Source of the DNA: Octopus sinensis | Taxonomy: Eukaryota | Direction of reading: 5' to 3' | Assembly: GCF_006345805.1 (NCBI RefSeq) | Contig: NC_042997.1 | Location: 159,836,001 to 159,900,000 of the forward strand | DNA length: 64,000 nucleotides | Part shown: positions 12,861 through 25,905 of the stretch, piece by piece | How the letters are laid out: the number at the start of each line of letters is the position of its first letter | Position numbering within the stretch: the stretch's first letter is position 1 | Program-made: the position numbers and the translations under genes | Notes under the pieces: generated by a model | Databases searched by the model: none | Told to the model about the DNA's origin: nothing | What the model saw: the letters and a program-made list of their open reading frames with translations, nothing else

Positions 12861-13935
12861 CCTGGAAATCTAGAGTCAATAAAATCTTGGAAGACCTGTT
12901 TTACAGCATCGTGGGAATTATTTTTTTTTCCTATCAAAAAGTTAATCAAATTCTGGAAGAAGTGGTAGTCAGTGGGGGCAACATCAGATGAGTATGGAGG
13001 ATGATGGAGACCTTCCAACTCCAAATCCAGTAGTTTCGGCAATGTCATTTTTGTGATGTGTGGTCTGGCGTTGTCCTGCAATAAAACAGAAGTGGATCTG
13101 TTGACTAATTTATGCTGTTTTTTATAAGTTTCTGCATCATTTGGTCCAGTTGGCTGCAGTATAGTTTGGCTGTGATTGATAAGCCAGGTTTAATAATATC
13201 ATAATAAATGACATCTGCGCCAGACCACCAAACACACACCATTAGCTTGATGGATTTTACTTTTTGGAGTCTGTTTTGGTGGCTCGTCTTTGTTCAACCA
13301 TTGTACTGAATCTTTACGGCTGTTCTATTGGATCCATTTCCCATCACATGTTACAGTTCGATTCAAAAATTATTCATTTTTCTAACGAGCAAGTAACATA
13401 ATGTAGGCTTCCAAACGTTGCTGTTTCAGATTTTCATTGAGTTCATGCGGAACCCACTTATCCATCTTTCTCACTTTACCGATTTGAAATAGCTGACTCA
13501 ATAGTGTTTGCTTGCTAACACCAAACAACAACGATAATTTGCGGGCACTTTGAGAAGGATCTGGCTTTCAGTTCGTCATTATCCACCATCGTTTCTGGTC
13601 GACCACGTTGCTCATTTGTGAGAATGAAATTTTGCAAACCAATTTGTTACTGTCTGCTGTGTAATAACATTAGAATGAAATACTCCATTAATATTCCGAG
13701 CCGTCTGTGATGCTGTATTTCCAAGAAAAATTCGTATTTCAAAACTACGAATTTCCGACTTATCCATCTCTAAACAAAGATAGCAAAAAACGATTTATAA
13801 ATACTTTATAAAGCGCAAAATGAATTAGAATAAAGGAATAGATGTGTCAGCTTTCTTACAAAAAATAAAGGTTGTAAAAATATAATAATGGCGCAAAATG
13901 ATCAGCTGTCAAAAGTTACAACATACCTTATTACA
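12861..13935 (-). mobile_element. Mariner transposon, 3'-truncated and degraded
   Basis: MDKSEIR start near 13767. DNARPH and HPPYSSDVAPTDYHFF motifs in ORF 12752-13081. Confidence 0.85.
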
Positions 13936-13954
13936 AATTTCATACTTCATGTCC

Positions 13955-16218
13955 TACTATTTGTGAAAGTTGTCTCCAAGTCTCACCCAGAGACCTCAAG
14001 AGATAACAAGTTACGAGTTCATGTTGGTGTCATGCCTAGGGTGTCATATAATATTGTAATTGAGAATGTTGTAAAAAAACATATGACAGTTATGAGTCTG
14101 TTTTAAAGTTTGAGATTGATTTTACGTACGATATGGGCAGATCCCATGAGCATTACCCTTTGAATTTCTGCCATTTTGGTATCTGAGCTAGGTAAGACTC
14201 AGCCCCTTTTACTATCATTCTTAGGGCACCTATGACAACAGGTATTGCACAATTTGTTGTAGATCTTGACAGATACAATTATGTCAATTGGGACAGTCAT
14301 ATCAATGAGGAAGCTTGATTTTTGCCAGAAGTCTTTCAATATAATGTCTGGCCTTGAACGGTGAAGTTCAAGAGAAGTGAGATGTGATCATTTTCAAGCA
14401 CTGGAGGTGGTTTGTCGTCCCACCAGTTATTTTATCATGGGGTAGGTCCAGGTTTTTGCAAATTACCCAGTGAATATATTGTGCTGCTCTCTCATATCTG
14501 TTGAGATACGCTGTAGGCGCAGGAAGACTGCACATGGAGACAACATGGTCAACTGTTACATTTTTTGCTGACATACACGACATGTTGAGCTACTGCCGTT
14601 CTTTAACATGTTGGCCTGGTATTTTCTTGTAGGTAGGCATTGATGTTGGGCCGCTATCATAAACTCTTCCGTTTCTGGTTTTAAGCACAAAAACACTAAC
14701 CATTGATGGGCAAGGGCTTTGTCAACATCGGCACTAATAGCTCTCTTTGGGTATTTGCCATTAAGAGGTTTTTCTTGCTATTTATCAGTAAGAATATCTA
14801 GGGCAGCAGTTTAGTACGGGTTTTCATACGCTTAGCTTTTTCTGTGCGTGTTTCTAGTACATCTAATTCTGGAATTTGTTGTATTTGGAAATCACTTAGA
14901 TATTACTTCACCTGTTTTGTTACTGAGTATGATGCTTACTTACTTCATACTTTGAGACAAGTTTTAACATCCAGTCCTCAGAGTTTTTCAAGTAGTTGTC
15001 TAGGCCAATTGTGGCAATATTCATTATTAATTCCAGTTATATGAGTCCACGGCCATCCTCTTTTATTGACAGGTAAATTCCTTCTATATCTGCCTTTGTG
15101 TGGTGCATTCTATACAATGTTAAGAATTTTCGTGTTTTCTTTCAAGTTTACATATTTCAGTAATTGACCAGTTATTAATATTGAAACTGGTATTTGTAGC
15201 TCTACGCCGCTTCTAACTCCTTTATGATATTCAGCTGGTCAAGATTAACTTTGGATGTTTCTGTCAATTTTGCTTTGATAAAGGTAGCTTTTGCACATTT
15301 CTCGAAGACAAATTGCATTCTGATGTCATCACTGAACTGAATTGTTTAACAATCGCTAGTAAGACCTCTAGTTGTGGTCATTTCCTTTTCTTGCAATGAG
15401 CTCTATATCGTCCATGTAAATGAGATGATTTATAATTTTCTAAATATAATTTTCTAAGCATAATTTTATCAAACATTTTATAGCCGTATTGTACATCATC
15501 GCGCAATTTCGAGAGAGGCATTAAGAGAAAAGGCTAGAGAAAAGAGGAGTGGTGATAGTGAGTCACTCTAGAAAATGCCACATGAAATTCTTATATCGCC
15601 AGCATTAAGAGATTCATTGTCACTGTTCAAAATCAGTGTGGTTCACCATGATCTCATACTTACAAACAAGAGGTTTATCAGAGTAGGTGCTAATTTATAC
15701 ATTTCCAGACATTCCTTAATCCACCTACGCGGTAGACAATCAAAATCTTTTTTAATGTCTGCCCAGGCTATCGAGAATGTTTTGTGTCGTTAGTTACAAT
15801 TTTCCAAGATCATCTTATTGGCGATTCGCTGATCTTTACAACCATAGGACCCACGCACATCCTTTCTGCTCATTATGCAATATGCCATTTTCTATTAAAA
15901 ATCTATAGGTATATTCAGTCAAATCGGATGTTAGTATTTTAGACATTGTTGTTAAGCAGGTTATGGATGTATAATATTTGGGTTTATTTGTTTACACTCT
16001 CTTTACTCTTTTACTTGTTTCAGTCATTTTGATGGTGGCCATGCTGGAGTACCACCTTTGGTCGAGCAAATCGACCCCAGGGCTTATTCTTTTTTAAGCC
16101 AAGTACTTATTCTATCGATCTCTTTTACCGAACCGCTAAGGTACGGGACGTAAACACACCAGCATCGGTTGTCAAGTGATGTTGGGGGGACAAACACAGA
16201 CACACAAACATATACGCA

Positions 16219-16299
<81 letters not shown>

Positions 16300-17700
16300 C
16301 GGGATTCTTTCAGTTTCTGTCTACTAAATCCATTCACAATGTATTGATCGGCCCGAGGCTATAGTAGAAGACACTTGCCGAAAGTGCCACGCAGTGGTAC
16401 TGAACCCGAAGCCATGTGGTTGGTAAGCAAGCTACTTACCACACAAACACTCCTTCACCTCATATTTTGGAAGTAGGAATGTAATACCAAGAGGGAATCA
16501 TACTATGTTGTTGCAAAACGTCGTTGTAAAGTTTTGTTGGCAGTTCAGGGCTCTCTGGGAAGGCATTCAACCAGAAGTTAGGAATTTTATTCTTTCTTGG
16601 AGACTGCCATTTGCTTGACTTCCTGAGAGATCTTACATCTTCTACCTTGATACCCTCCCACTTTTGCTCTTCTAAGGAGTCTAAGTCTGTAGATATTATA
16701 CAGGGTGTTTTTCATTCTGTGCTTTTTTCTTCTGCCCAAATATCATTCCATAATTTCTGCACTTCTTTTGATTTGTGAGACTTTACTATAACTGGTATTT
16801 CCCCCTGTCTTCCTGTAAAAAGATTTGGGGGTATTTTTTAACATATGATTGTCCTTAAAGAATCTAACGCGCTTTTCATACCTTGCTCTGCGGGCATCTT
16901 TAGCACACACCTTTTGCTTGATGGTTTCTATGGTGGCATCAATGTCAAGTATGATTTTCATATTATATTTCTTCTTTAATTTTCCGGTTTCTGTAGGTTT
17001 GGTAGTTTTGTCAAACTTAAGGTTTTCCAAACATTCTATGTTAGACCTATATGGTGGTATTGATGTCAAATATAGTTTTCATATATATGAAAACGATATT
17101 TGACATCGATACCACCATAGAAACTATCAAGTACAAGGTATGTACTAAAGTTACTGGCATAGCAAAGTATCAAAAGCGCGTTAGGTCCCTCGAGCACAAA
17201 AATATGTTTAAAAATTTCCTAATCCAGTTATGTGGTAGTCTATCAAAAGCTTTTTTATAGTCAATCTAGGCTATTGACAAGTTTTGTGCCAATTGTGACA
17301 ATCTTCTAAGATCATCTTATTGATGAGTAGCTGGTTTTTACAACCATAGCATCCACGTTTACATCCTTTTTGCTCATTAGGGAATATGCCACTTTATATT
17401 AAAAGACTATAGGTATATTTAGTCAGGACAGATGTTAGCGTTTTATAAATTGTTGTTAAGCAGGTTATGTATCTCTAATATTTTGGTCCATTTGTTTGGT
17501 CCATTAACTAACCAAGAGGGAATCATACTAGGTTGTTGCTAAGCGTCGTTGTAAAGTTCTGTTAGTAGTTCATGACTCTCTGGGAAGTTATTTATTCTGA
17601 AGTTAGGAAGTTTATCCTTTCCTGGAGACTGCCATTTGTTTGACTTCTCGAGAGCAGATCTTACATCTTCTACCTTATACCCTCCCACTTTTGCTCCTTA
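13955..17700 (-). mobile_element. Degraded R4/Dong-like LINE sequence with SINE insertion, duplicated segments and a foldback
   Basis: VTVDHVVSMC..YIHWVICKNL (14368-14583). RT remnants 15300-15950. 3' UTR 13955-14120 matches 62210-62390. 17260-17700 repeats 15780-15990 plus 16485-16680. Confidence 0.7.
15996..16454 (-). mobile_element. tRNA-derived SINE with internal (TA)n/(CATA)n microsatellite
   Basis: Head with A-box/B-box-like TGTGTGGTAAG..GGTTCAGTACC. Tail CCAGCATGGCCACC..ATGACTGAAAC. Second copy at 54971-55319. Confidence 0.85.
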
Positions 17701-18814
17701 GGTTTTGAAACTTCACTGTTATCAGACCAGCTGTTATGAAATTACCCCCCATTGTTTATAATAATATATAGTGTGATTTGTGGGAAATATAGCTGTTATA
17801 TCTAGCAATTCGAATGATTAAATAGAGATACTGTTGTTACAACACTTCGTGAGCTATAATAACTAGCGGAATATATTTTGCATATATATTTAAAAGAAGG
17901 GTGGAATTCAAAATAGTTTTATCTGCATTTGAGTTATTGGATCTAAGTGACTTAGATGACATTGCTATTGCAGTTAGAAGGGCTAAGAATGGAGATGAAT
18001 TAACCCTTTTGAAACACTTCAGTCGACAGTTAAAGATTCCTTAAAATCCAGTCGTCTTGTATGCAACGACGAACGATTTGTTAAGAATCTCTCAATCAAT
18101 GTGATTATTGGAAGGCTGAAGTTTTTAAATGACCATCTCTTTACTGGAATTTTCACAATCAGCTATAGTTAGAAATTATACAAGACATCAAATCTACAAT
18201 ATGGTTTATAACGAAATTGGTGTGTCATGTGCGAAATAAGGTCTCTTATAAATGTGATCCTTAGGAATCACTGAGTGACGGAAAAATTTCATGGAAATAA
18301 AGAAGGGACTATTTTACAATAAAATTAGGGATGCTTGAGATAAGAGCAACAGTCAGAATTTTCCTAAGTTAAAAGGTTTGTTTTGCTAAGCTTTAATGAT
18401 GCAGTAGTCTGTTTCTATGCACGTTCATAAAGAAGTAAGCAGTACCAAATTAGATGAGTTTAGCCCCAGCTCTTAAACATACAATTCTAATGTTGGGGGT
18501 TGGAATACCATCTTGTTATATTTTGATGAATAAAGCAACTGTCAGTGCTGGTAACTATATTGACAGGAGATTAAGAGAGTGCTGAAGAAAAGGAAACTCT
18601 AGAAAGAGATATGTTGTGTATTCCAAAACGAAATTGGTAAGGAAATGTCTACCAATTCTACTTGTCAGTGTGCAGTTGTAAATTAGGCTCATTTGGGGTG
18701 CAATGGGAAGGAGAAACAGTCAGATAATAGTTAGTAGCGCCCTGAAATTAACATAGGTCATTACTTTTCAAAATGATCTAACACATGAAATATATTTCTC
18801 TTGTCTTCCTAAAG

Positions 18815-18994
18815 CCGAATGTCCGACGTCAGCCGGCTATACTTACCAACCAGAATTGAGATTGTGTTATCAAATAGGCTCCACGATAACTTCATGGAAT
18901 AAGGCTGCAGACAATTGCAATAAGGATCGAGGACGACTTATTCACATTAAAAATGAGGAAGTCATGAACTATCTAAAAACAATATTATCATGGG
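18815..18994 (+). CDS. C-type lectin domain, N-terminal exon (phase 1-1)
   Basis: Not in the ORF track. Acceptor ttctcttgtcttcctaaag| and donor |gtgagc. Stop-free translation ECPTSAGYTYQPELRLCYQIGSTITSWNKAADNCNKDRGRLIHIKNEEVMNYLKTILSW. Splices in frame to 20561. Confidence 0.85.
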
Positions 18995-19107
18995 GTGAGC
19001 AACATTTTACTATTTAATACATACATACAACACGTTCTCTCTCTCATTCTGTCTGACTGTCTGTCTGTCTGTCTCTCTCTCTCTCACACACACACACGCA
19101 CACACAC

Positions 19108-19164
<57 letters not shown>

Positions 19165-19595
19165 CATATATATACAAAGGTACACATGATATACCTCATA
19201 TTATAAACTATAACAGATTTAATGTCACTCAAAATTGCAATTTCCTCCCATTTTGCAAACAAAATTCCGTTTTCCTGCTAATGTTTCTCTGATTTGTACA
19301 CTATGTTCTGAGTGTTTCTCTTTTTGGGAATTTATCAAATGTAATAATTTAATTTCATTTATTGTTTAAAGATTTATATTGTCATTTACTGCCAATGAGT
19401 TTACAAAAGAAAATAACTTTGCCAGTTAAGAATAACTTAAGTAATGATTTATTTTAGATTTTGTACTGTTTGTTATACGTAAAAATTCGAATAGATAGTT
19501 GAAACTAAGAAAATATATTTATTATAAAACGTATTGTTATAAATATTTAGAGAATTTAACGTATGAATTTTCTTTTGAATCAATCTTTTCTTTCT

Positions 19596-19900
19596 ATGGA
19601 ACATCTTTCGGACTACACCCTCTTCAGTATTAATAACGACAGTAGTATCATGTCGAGTTAGAGTATTGAGTTTCCCTATTACAGATACATTATTGACAAT
19701 ATAAATACAGTCTCAACGAAATAATCCTCCTTTGAATTTTGATTTTGGTTTTTATCAATACAACATCAATGCTTGTAGGAGAATGCAAGAGTCGATTAAA
19801 TTAATCAACGAATTCATAATAGTCATCCTTTTAAATTCCAATAACTTGAAAGGTTCAGTCTGTTTAGTTTTGAATTCATATGCAAACAGAAGAAATAGAT
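19596..19900 (-). mobile_element. PLE endonuclease C-terminal relic followed by a degenerate hammerhead (19596-19630)
   Basis: SCILLQA..KPK..GGLFR-like end. CTGAAGA GGG tgtag TCC GAAA gatgT. Stem I does not pair. Confidence 0.45.
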
Positions 19901-20390
19901 AATTTACTTGCTATATAGCCAGCATTAGACAATAATTTGCGGTTAATTTCATTTTATATACGAAGAACATGAAAACATAGTGTATTTTGAAATATTTCGT
20001 CACAGTTGCTGAAATGTTCTTGCCGCCAGAATCGACGAAGAGATTTCAGTATCTAGTTTACTGATGTACGTAACAAGAAATCAATTTAAATTAATATATA
20101 CGTTAGGTTATGTGATTACTTTGCCATAATTCAAAATTTTTCGCTAATTTTCCAGTACACTAAAATTACGGCGCACACAAGCAGGTCATATGTGGGTTCT
20201 AAGTGTGCTGCGACACAGTGAGGAAAAATATGTACACTGAATGAGCGTTCATCTTACAGAAGATGGGAGTCGACTGTTTCTCGAAATGCAGTGTATAGTC
20301 AAGTATACACCATGTAAACACAAATAAGACAGGATGTCATGAGTAATCTGAACTAAATATCAACAATCACACCAGCAACAACAACAACAG

Positions 20391-20447
<57 letters not shown>

Positions 20448-20560
20448 ACTACTACTACTACTACTACAAGACAATATATTTGCTCAAACATGTATCGAAT
20501 TATAACGAATGTCTACAAGCTGATTATTAATCAAATTTTTTGTTTTCCGTTTGTTTTCAG

Positions 20561-20793
20561 CTGTGGCGCATTCAGGTCAGTATTATATTGGATCAAGTAG
20601 AGATCTTAACAAGAACGTCTTTGTATGGCAAACTGGAGAAGCAGTAACATATTCTCGTTGGTTTTATCCTAATCCCTCTGGTGGAAATGAACACTGTGTT
20701 AGCCTTGTGCCAACCGAAGATTTCGGATGGAATGACGTTCCTTGTCACAACTCGAACATAGGGTGGCAAATATGCGAGATAGTTGTTCAATAA
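20561..20793 (+). CDS. C-type lectin domain, terminal exon
   Basis: Acceptor tttgttttcag|. YYIG..FVWQTGEAVTYSRW..NEHC..WNDVPC..ICE then TAA. Confidence 0.9.
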
Positions 20794-21816
20794 ATGTTTG
20801 GCAGAACGAAACGTAATTCCACACACACACACAAACACACACACACACACACACGCACACACACACACATTCACACACACATTCACACACACACATACTC
20901 ATACACGCACACACACTGTATATATATAAATATTTAGATATATATATATACATACATATATATATACATATATACACACACGCGCGCACGTACACACACA
21001 CGAACGCACGAACACACACTCACAAACCCACACATGCACACACAAATGTAATGTTAACTTTGGTTGTGATTGGTCAGAAATTTACCATTGGTTTCACATC
21101 TCTTGTTGCTATTAGTAACACAAGCGATAAACCAGATGGAGGCACATAACGTCCTTACTAATGGAGATAGAAGTTTGAAAAAAAAAGTCTTAAACGAAAT
21201 TCTTCGAGGGGAAAAACCCTTCTTGGTGAAGTGGAGCTATTTCTCATTGACCAGTTTTAGCTGTGTCCGGACGAGTAGGTTTATGTACGATTTCCGTTCA
21301 CAAGTCAGTAGGCAAGGAATTCCATCTCTTGAGCTAGTAATTTTCTCATAAGAGCATCTCACTTTCAAAATTGTGAATACTCACCTAGGGACTTCTGAAA
21401 TTCAAAAAATGTTTTTATTTTGTCCTCTTATGTCGAAAGATTTGCATTGAAAGCATGGAATTCTCCGCTTGCTGACAACTGATGAAAAACCGTATATGAA
21501 CTGACACAATTAAAATACAAGTGGAAATGGTCAAGGGGGAATGAATCCGTAGCACCCACAAGATTTTCCTTCGAAGAATGTCGTTTCAGGTTTTTTGTTA
21601 CAATCCAGACTGACTCATACTGTATTTTTAGTTCCGTTAGTAAAGTGGTTCCCTGCTTCAAACCAGCAAATCTGATGTGTCACTTATATTAAGAACGGTA
21701 ATACACGTGAAACTAATTGTAACGTTTTGGCCGGCCATATCCAGCGACTACGCAAAACATAATTCTTTTAAATATCTTTCAGAGTTTGCATATTGGTACT
21801 AATGAACAAGCGACCG

Positions 21817-22062
<246 letters not shown>

Positions 22063-22089
22063 AAGAAAAAATATTATAGATACTTGGTG

Positions 22090-22440
22090 CATCTTATTTG
22101 TATCACAATGGAAACGTAATGCAAAAAGTGATACTTATAAGATTAAGGATAAAAAAAACCGGATCAACACATCAACCAGTTTCAAAATACAGTCCTGAAA
22201 TTAGTTATTACGTAATTCAAGCCCGGAAAATATACTTACGTTTCCTTGGAGATACCCGGCAATATATGCTTTCTTACATCTACAATCGTTTGAATGTTGA
22301 TGATTCAAACATGCTGTCGGATTGAAACATGTGTAGGGGATATTTTTTGGTTGCTTTGTTGATCCGTTTTCTTTTATCTTTATTCTTATATGTATCACTT
22401 TTACTTTGCATTACTTTTCCATTTTGATACAAATAAAATG
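22090..22440 (+). mobile_element. Inverted-repeat-bounded cassette (~80-bp arms 22090-22169 / 22357-22440) with a hammerhead relic
   Basis: Arms are reverse-complementary with scattered mismatches. Inside: CTAc AATC [GTTTGAAT gttgatg ATTCAAAC].. GATT GAAA CATG TG TAG. Confidence 0.55.
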
Positions 22441-23489
22441 AATCAAGCATCTATTTATTTTTCTCCATTTTATTTTATTATCTTTATACTTTATTAGAGT
22501 GTTTATACATATATATTGTGAACCTTTATTTCAATATACTTGATAAAGCCAGATTGCATCTGAATTGTTATTAGTAATCACTTACTTATTAGGTGGTTTC
22601 TATAAAGACTGTTCTAGGTATTTACTTATGGAATTCTGGGGCGATAAATCATGCTATATAATTATAAGCTAAGAATCAGAAACAAAAAATAGAAAAAAAG
22701 TTATGCAAAGATATATATACACATATTTAACTATGTGCTCACATGCAAATATATGCAAATATTTGTACATTATCATGGGTATGTTATAATCAACCCTCAT
22801 AGACTTAAGTAACTAGAAGGTTTATAACTCTATTTAAGAATATTAACAAGAGGTTTATTGGTAAAAGTATCAAAGTAAGAAAACAAATTAAGAAATTATA
22901 GAGACTAGTAAGAAAATATTTATAACTTACATTTTACAGAGACTTTACAGAGTCTTAAAATTTGAGGAAGGGGAGAGATAAAGATAATCCCACAGAAGTA
23001 ATAGGTATGGTAGTAGTGAGAGTAGTAGGGGATATTCAAAGCGAAGGGATATTTTATATGTTATAAGGTTACCTTTGTTATTACATACATGATTTTATAG
23101 TTTCACAGGGGTATATAATTAGGAGGCTTACTCACATAAAAGCCATTACATAATACATAATATGATTAGTAGGGTAGAACATCATAGAAAGGAATAAATA
23201 ATTTAATCACCAAAAACATGATGAAGTCAGACTAACTAGGTAGGATTATTCAAAGGACAGTAACTACATGTAGCATAACATAGTATATGCAATGCACTTT
23301 AATTCATCATATAACTCAATATCCCATGATTTTATTATATATAATACTCGGGGGTAAGTTCACATCAGATATGAAACTAAAAATTAATTTCCCCAATCTA
23401 GGTTGAAGTATAGCTCCTTCAAACGCTAATTTCGAAAATATTTAAATGCACAGGTGACTCTATGTACGCATGATAGCCTTAGGTCTAAT

Positions 23490-23740
23490 TATTATTAATC
23501 AGGCAAAATTCGTTTCCACTTTCCTTCAGTTCCCAAATCTTGCTGGATAAGGATGTACAATTGAGCCAATGTTTGAGCTTAAAAGATTTTAAAAAAATAT
23601 CTATTGAACAACCTATATATATAAAGTTACCAGCTACAGTTGTGATTGTATACTTATGGATTACGATTTGGATTAGACATCGGCCTATTAATGGACAGTG
23701 GGGTTTAACTCTACAATTGCAACTAGGAGAATTACTACTG
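23490..23740 (-). mobile_element. PLE Cys-rich linker and GIY-YIG relic
   Basis: CNCRVKPHCPLIGRCL..YIGC..TSLSSKIWELK in ORF 23485-23814. Confidence 0.7.
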
Positions 23741-23805
23741 TTAATATTATTAATATTCATACCATTATTATTATTAATATCAGTATTATTGCTAATCCAT
23801 ATATG

Positions 23806-23853
<48 letters not shown>

Positions 23854-23904
23854 ATATATATATATGCATGTATACATACATATATGTACATATATATATA
23901 TATA

Positions 23905-24877
23905 TATATGTAATGTAGGATAAAATTTTTTCGAAAAAAAAAATTATCAATGGCCAGCATATTAAAAATACCTTTAAAGGTTAAATTATAAACAACTTAT
24001 AACTAAGGGCAAACGAAAACATTCTAATGCCAAATATGCCGAAAATTGGACATAATGTCCATTTACCATATAACTTTTTCCAGTACGCACGCTACTCGAA
24101 AAAGGTCAACAGAAATCTCTTTAAAATTCCATTATTACCATATCGGAGCGATTTCAGGGTTATTTCAAAAAGAATCCTCCCTTCGTCAGTAATACATGGG
24201 GCAAAGAAGTAAATGAGATACTTACTCATACCCATGGAAGAAGCAAACACTAAGTCATGAACACAACTAAGTACCCCAAATAAATCCAAAATAGAAATAC
24301 TCCGGCCCATTCAAGATACGTGCGATTTGAACTGAGGCACTCACAGAGTGGGAGAGTCCGGAAGTGAACACTAAATTTATATCTAATGTAGGATAAAATT
24401 ATTTCGAAAAAAAAAAATGTTATCAATGGCCAGCATATTAAAAATACCTTTAAAGGTTAAATTATAAACAACTTATAAATAAGGGCAAACGAAAAAATTT
24501 CTCATGCCAAGTATGCCAAATTTTTTCGTTTGCCCTTATTTATAAGTTGTTTATAATTTAACCTTTAAAGGTATTTTTTATATGCTGGCCATTGATAAAA
24601 AAAATTTTTCCGAAAAAACTTTATCCTACATTAGATATAAATTTAGTGTTCACTTCCGGACTCTCCCAATCTGTGAGTGCCTCAGTTCAAATCGCACGTA
24701 TCTTGAATGGGCCGGAGTATTTCTATTTTGGATTTATTTGAGGTACTTAGTTGTGTTCATGACTTAGTGTTTGCTTCTTCCATGGGTATGAGCAAGTATC
24801 TCATTTACTTCTTTGCCACATGTATCACTGACGAAGGGAGGATTCTTTTTGAAATAACCCTGAAATCGCCCCGAGAG
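23905..24877. mobile_element. Pseudo-LTR-only array: direct repeat (23905-24030 / 24384-24500) plus ~360-bp-arm palindrome (24141-24500 / 24520-24877)
   Basis: Arms were aligned by eye and are near-identical. Contains a hammerhead. Abuts (TA)n and a GIY-YIG relic. Confidence 0.8.
24136..24194 (-). ncRNA. Type I hammerhead ribozyme
   Basis: TATTA|CTGACGA|AGGG..CCCT|GAAA TCG ctc CGA TA|TGGTA. Stems II and III are Watson-Crick; stem I has G-U pairs. Confidence 0.7.
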
Positions 24878-25136
24878 TTATTTATGTTTAACAACTGAAA
24901 GAATTTAATAAAGGCATCTAAATATGAAACATCATGAAAGTTGTTCAAATTGAAGTTCTTCTTGAGCGTCACATTTTTCCATTTGAGACAATAGGGGATT
25001 TCAGATTGTATTTATGGAATCTTGATTTACTGTCGGGTGAATTTTTGGCCAACCCTGTACTCACACACACACACACACATATTTATACATATAAATATAT
25101 ATACACACACACTCTTACACACATTTATATATACAA

Positions 25137-25365
25137 AATAATATGAGAGAACAGAGAGGTAATTAATAAATTACTATTCATTAATAAAAAATCTGACAAA
25201 CATCCCTTACAAATGTTTCAATTGAGACCCTCAAAAAATTAATTAATCAAATTAAAACTTATTTGTAAGTCGAATCTCTTCAGATGTAGATACCTACCTC
25301 TGATTGTCAATTTTTTTTATTGAAAAATAACAATTTATTTTTTACTTCTATTCTCTCATCTTATT
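25137..25365 (-). mobile_element. Short IR-bounded cassette (18-bp arms, 16/18 match) with degenerate long-stem-II hammerhead (25200-25288)
   Basis: CTGAAGA GATT..AATT GAAA CA tt TG TA. Arms at 25137-25154 and 25348-25365. Stem I is weak. Confidence 0.5.
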
Positions 25366-25623
25366 GTTATAATAAATAAAAAATATATAAACCACGGTTT
25401 ATATAGTTACCTTGAAGTTGAGTATTAATGTTCATTACTCTTTGTATAGGTAATTAGCCAGAACCTTCGATGTATTCTGCTATCGCTGAATGAGGTTTGT
25501 AACCTTTAATTGTGCTTCTGTTATATATTTTTGTCTCTGCTTATTTTCCCTTATTCTTTTCTGATGAGAGCGAAGATTGTTGTTCATACACCAGTCTTCG
25601 TCGTTTATTTTTCTATCAATTCC

Positions 25624-25695
<72 letters not shown>

Positions 25696-25785
25696 AAAAA
25701 GGACAAATAAACACACACACATATATATATATATATGTATTATATGTATATATGTATGTGTATATATGTATATATATATATATAT

Positions 25786-25862
25786 ATAATTTAATAAATA
25801 AAATATATGCATACATACATACATATATGTACGTACCTACATCTACATGTATATATACATGC

Positions 25863-25905
<43 letters not shown>

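Noticed and set aside
12752-13081. ORF joining mariner catalytic motifs to an RT-like tail
   Set aside because: Chance in-frame junction at ~12860 between a truncated mariner and a decayed LINE; not a real fusion gene.
16380-16454. tRNA-like sequence (also 55240-55319)
   Set aside because: SINE head, not a complete cloverleaf tRNA gene.
20156-20300. Possible extra exon inside the lectin intron (acceptor at 20155)
   Set aside because: Stops in all three frames; 18994 splices cleanly to 20561 without it.
21070-21351. ORF with a hydrophobic N-terminus
   Set aside because: TTG start, no recognisable domain or splice support.
21376-21400. Minus-strand AG..GT pair 10 nt apart (micro-exon-like)
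   Set aside because: No partner exons on that strand; expected by chance.
25555-25620. CTGATGA followed by a 9-bp hairpin
   Set aside because: GAAA is absent (GTTT instead) and there is no stem I or III.
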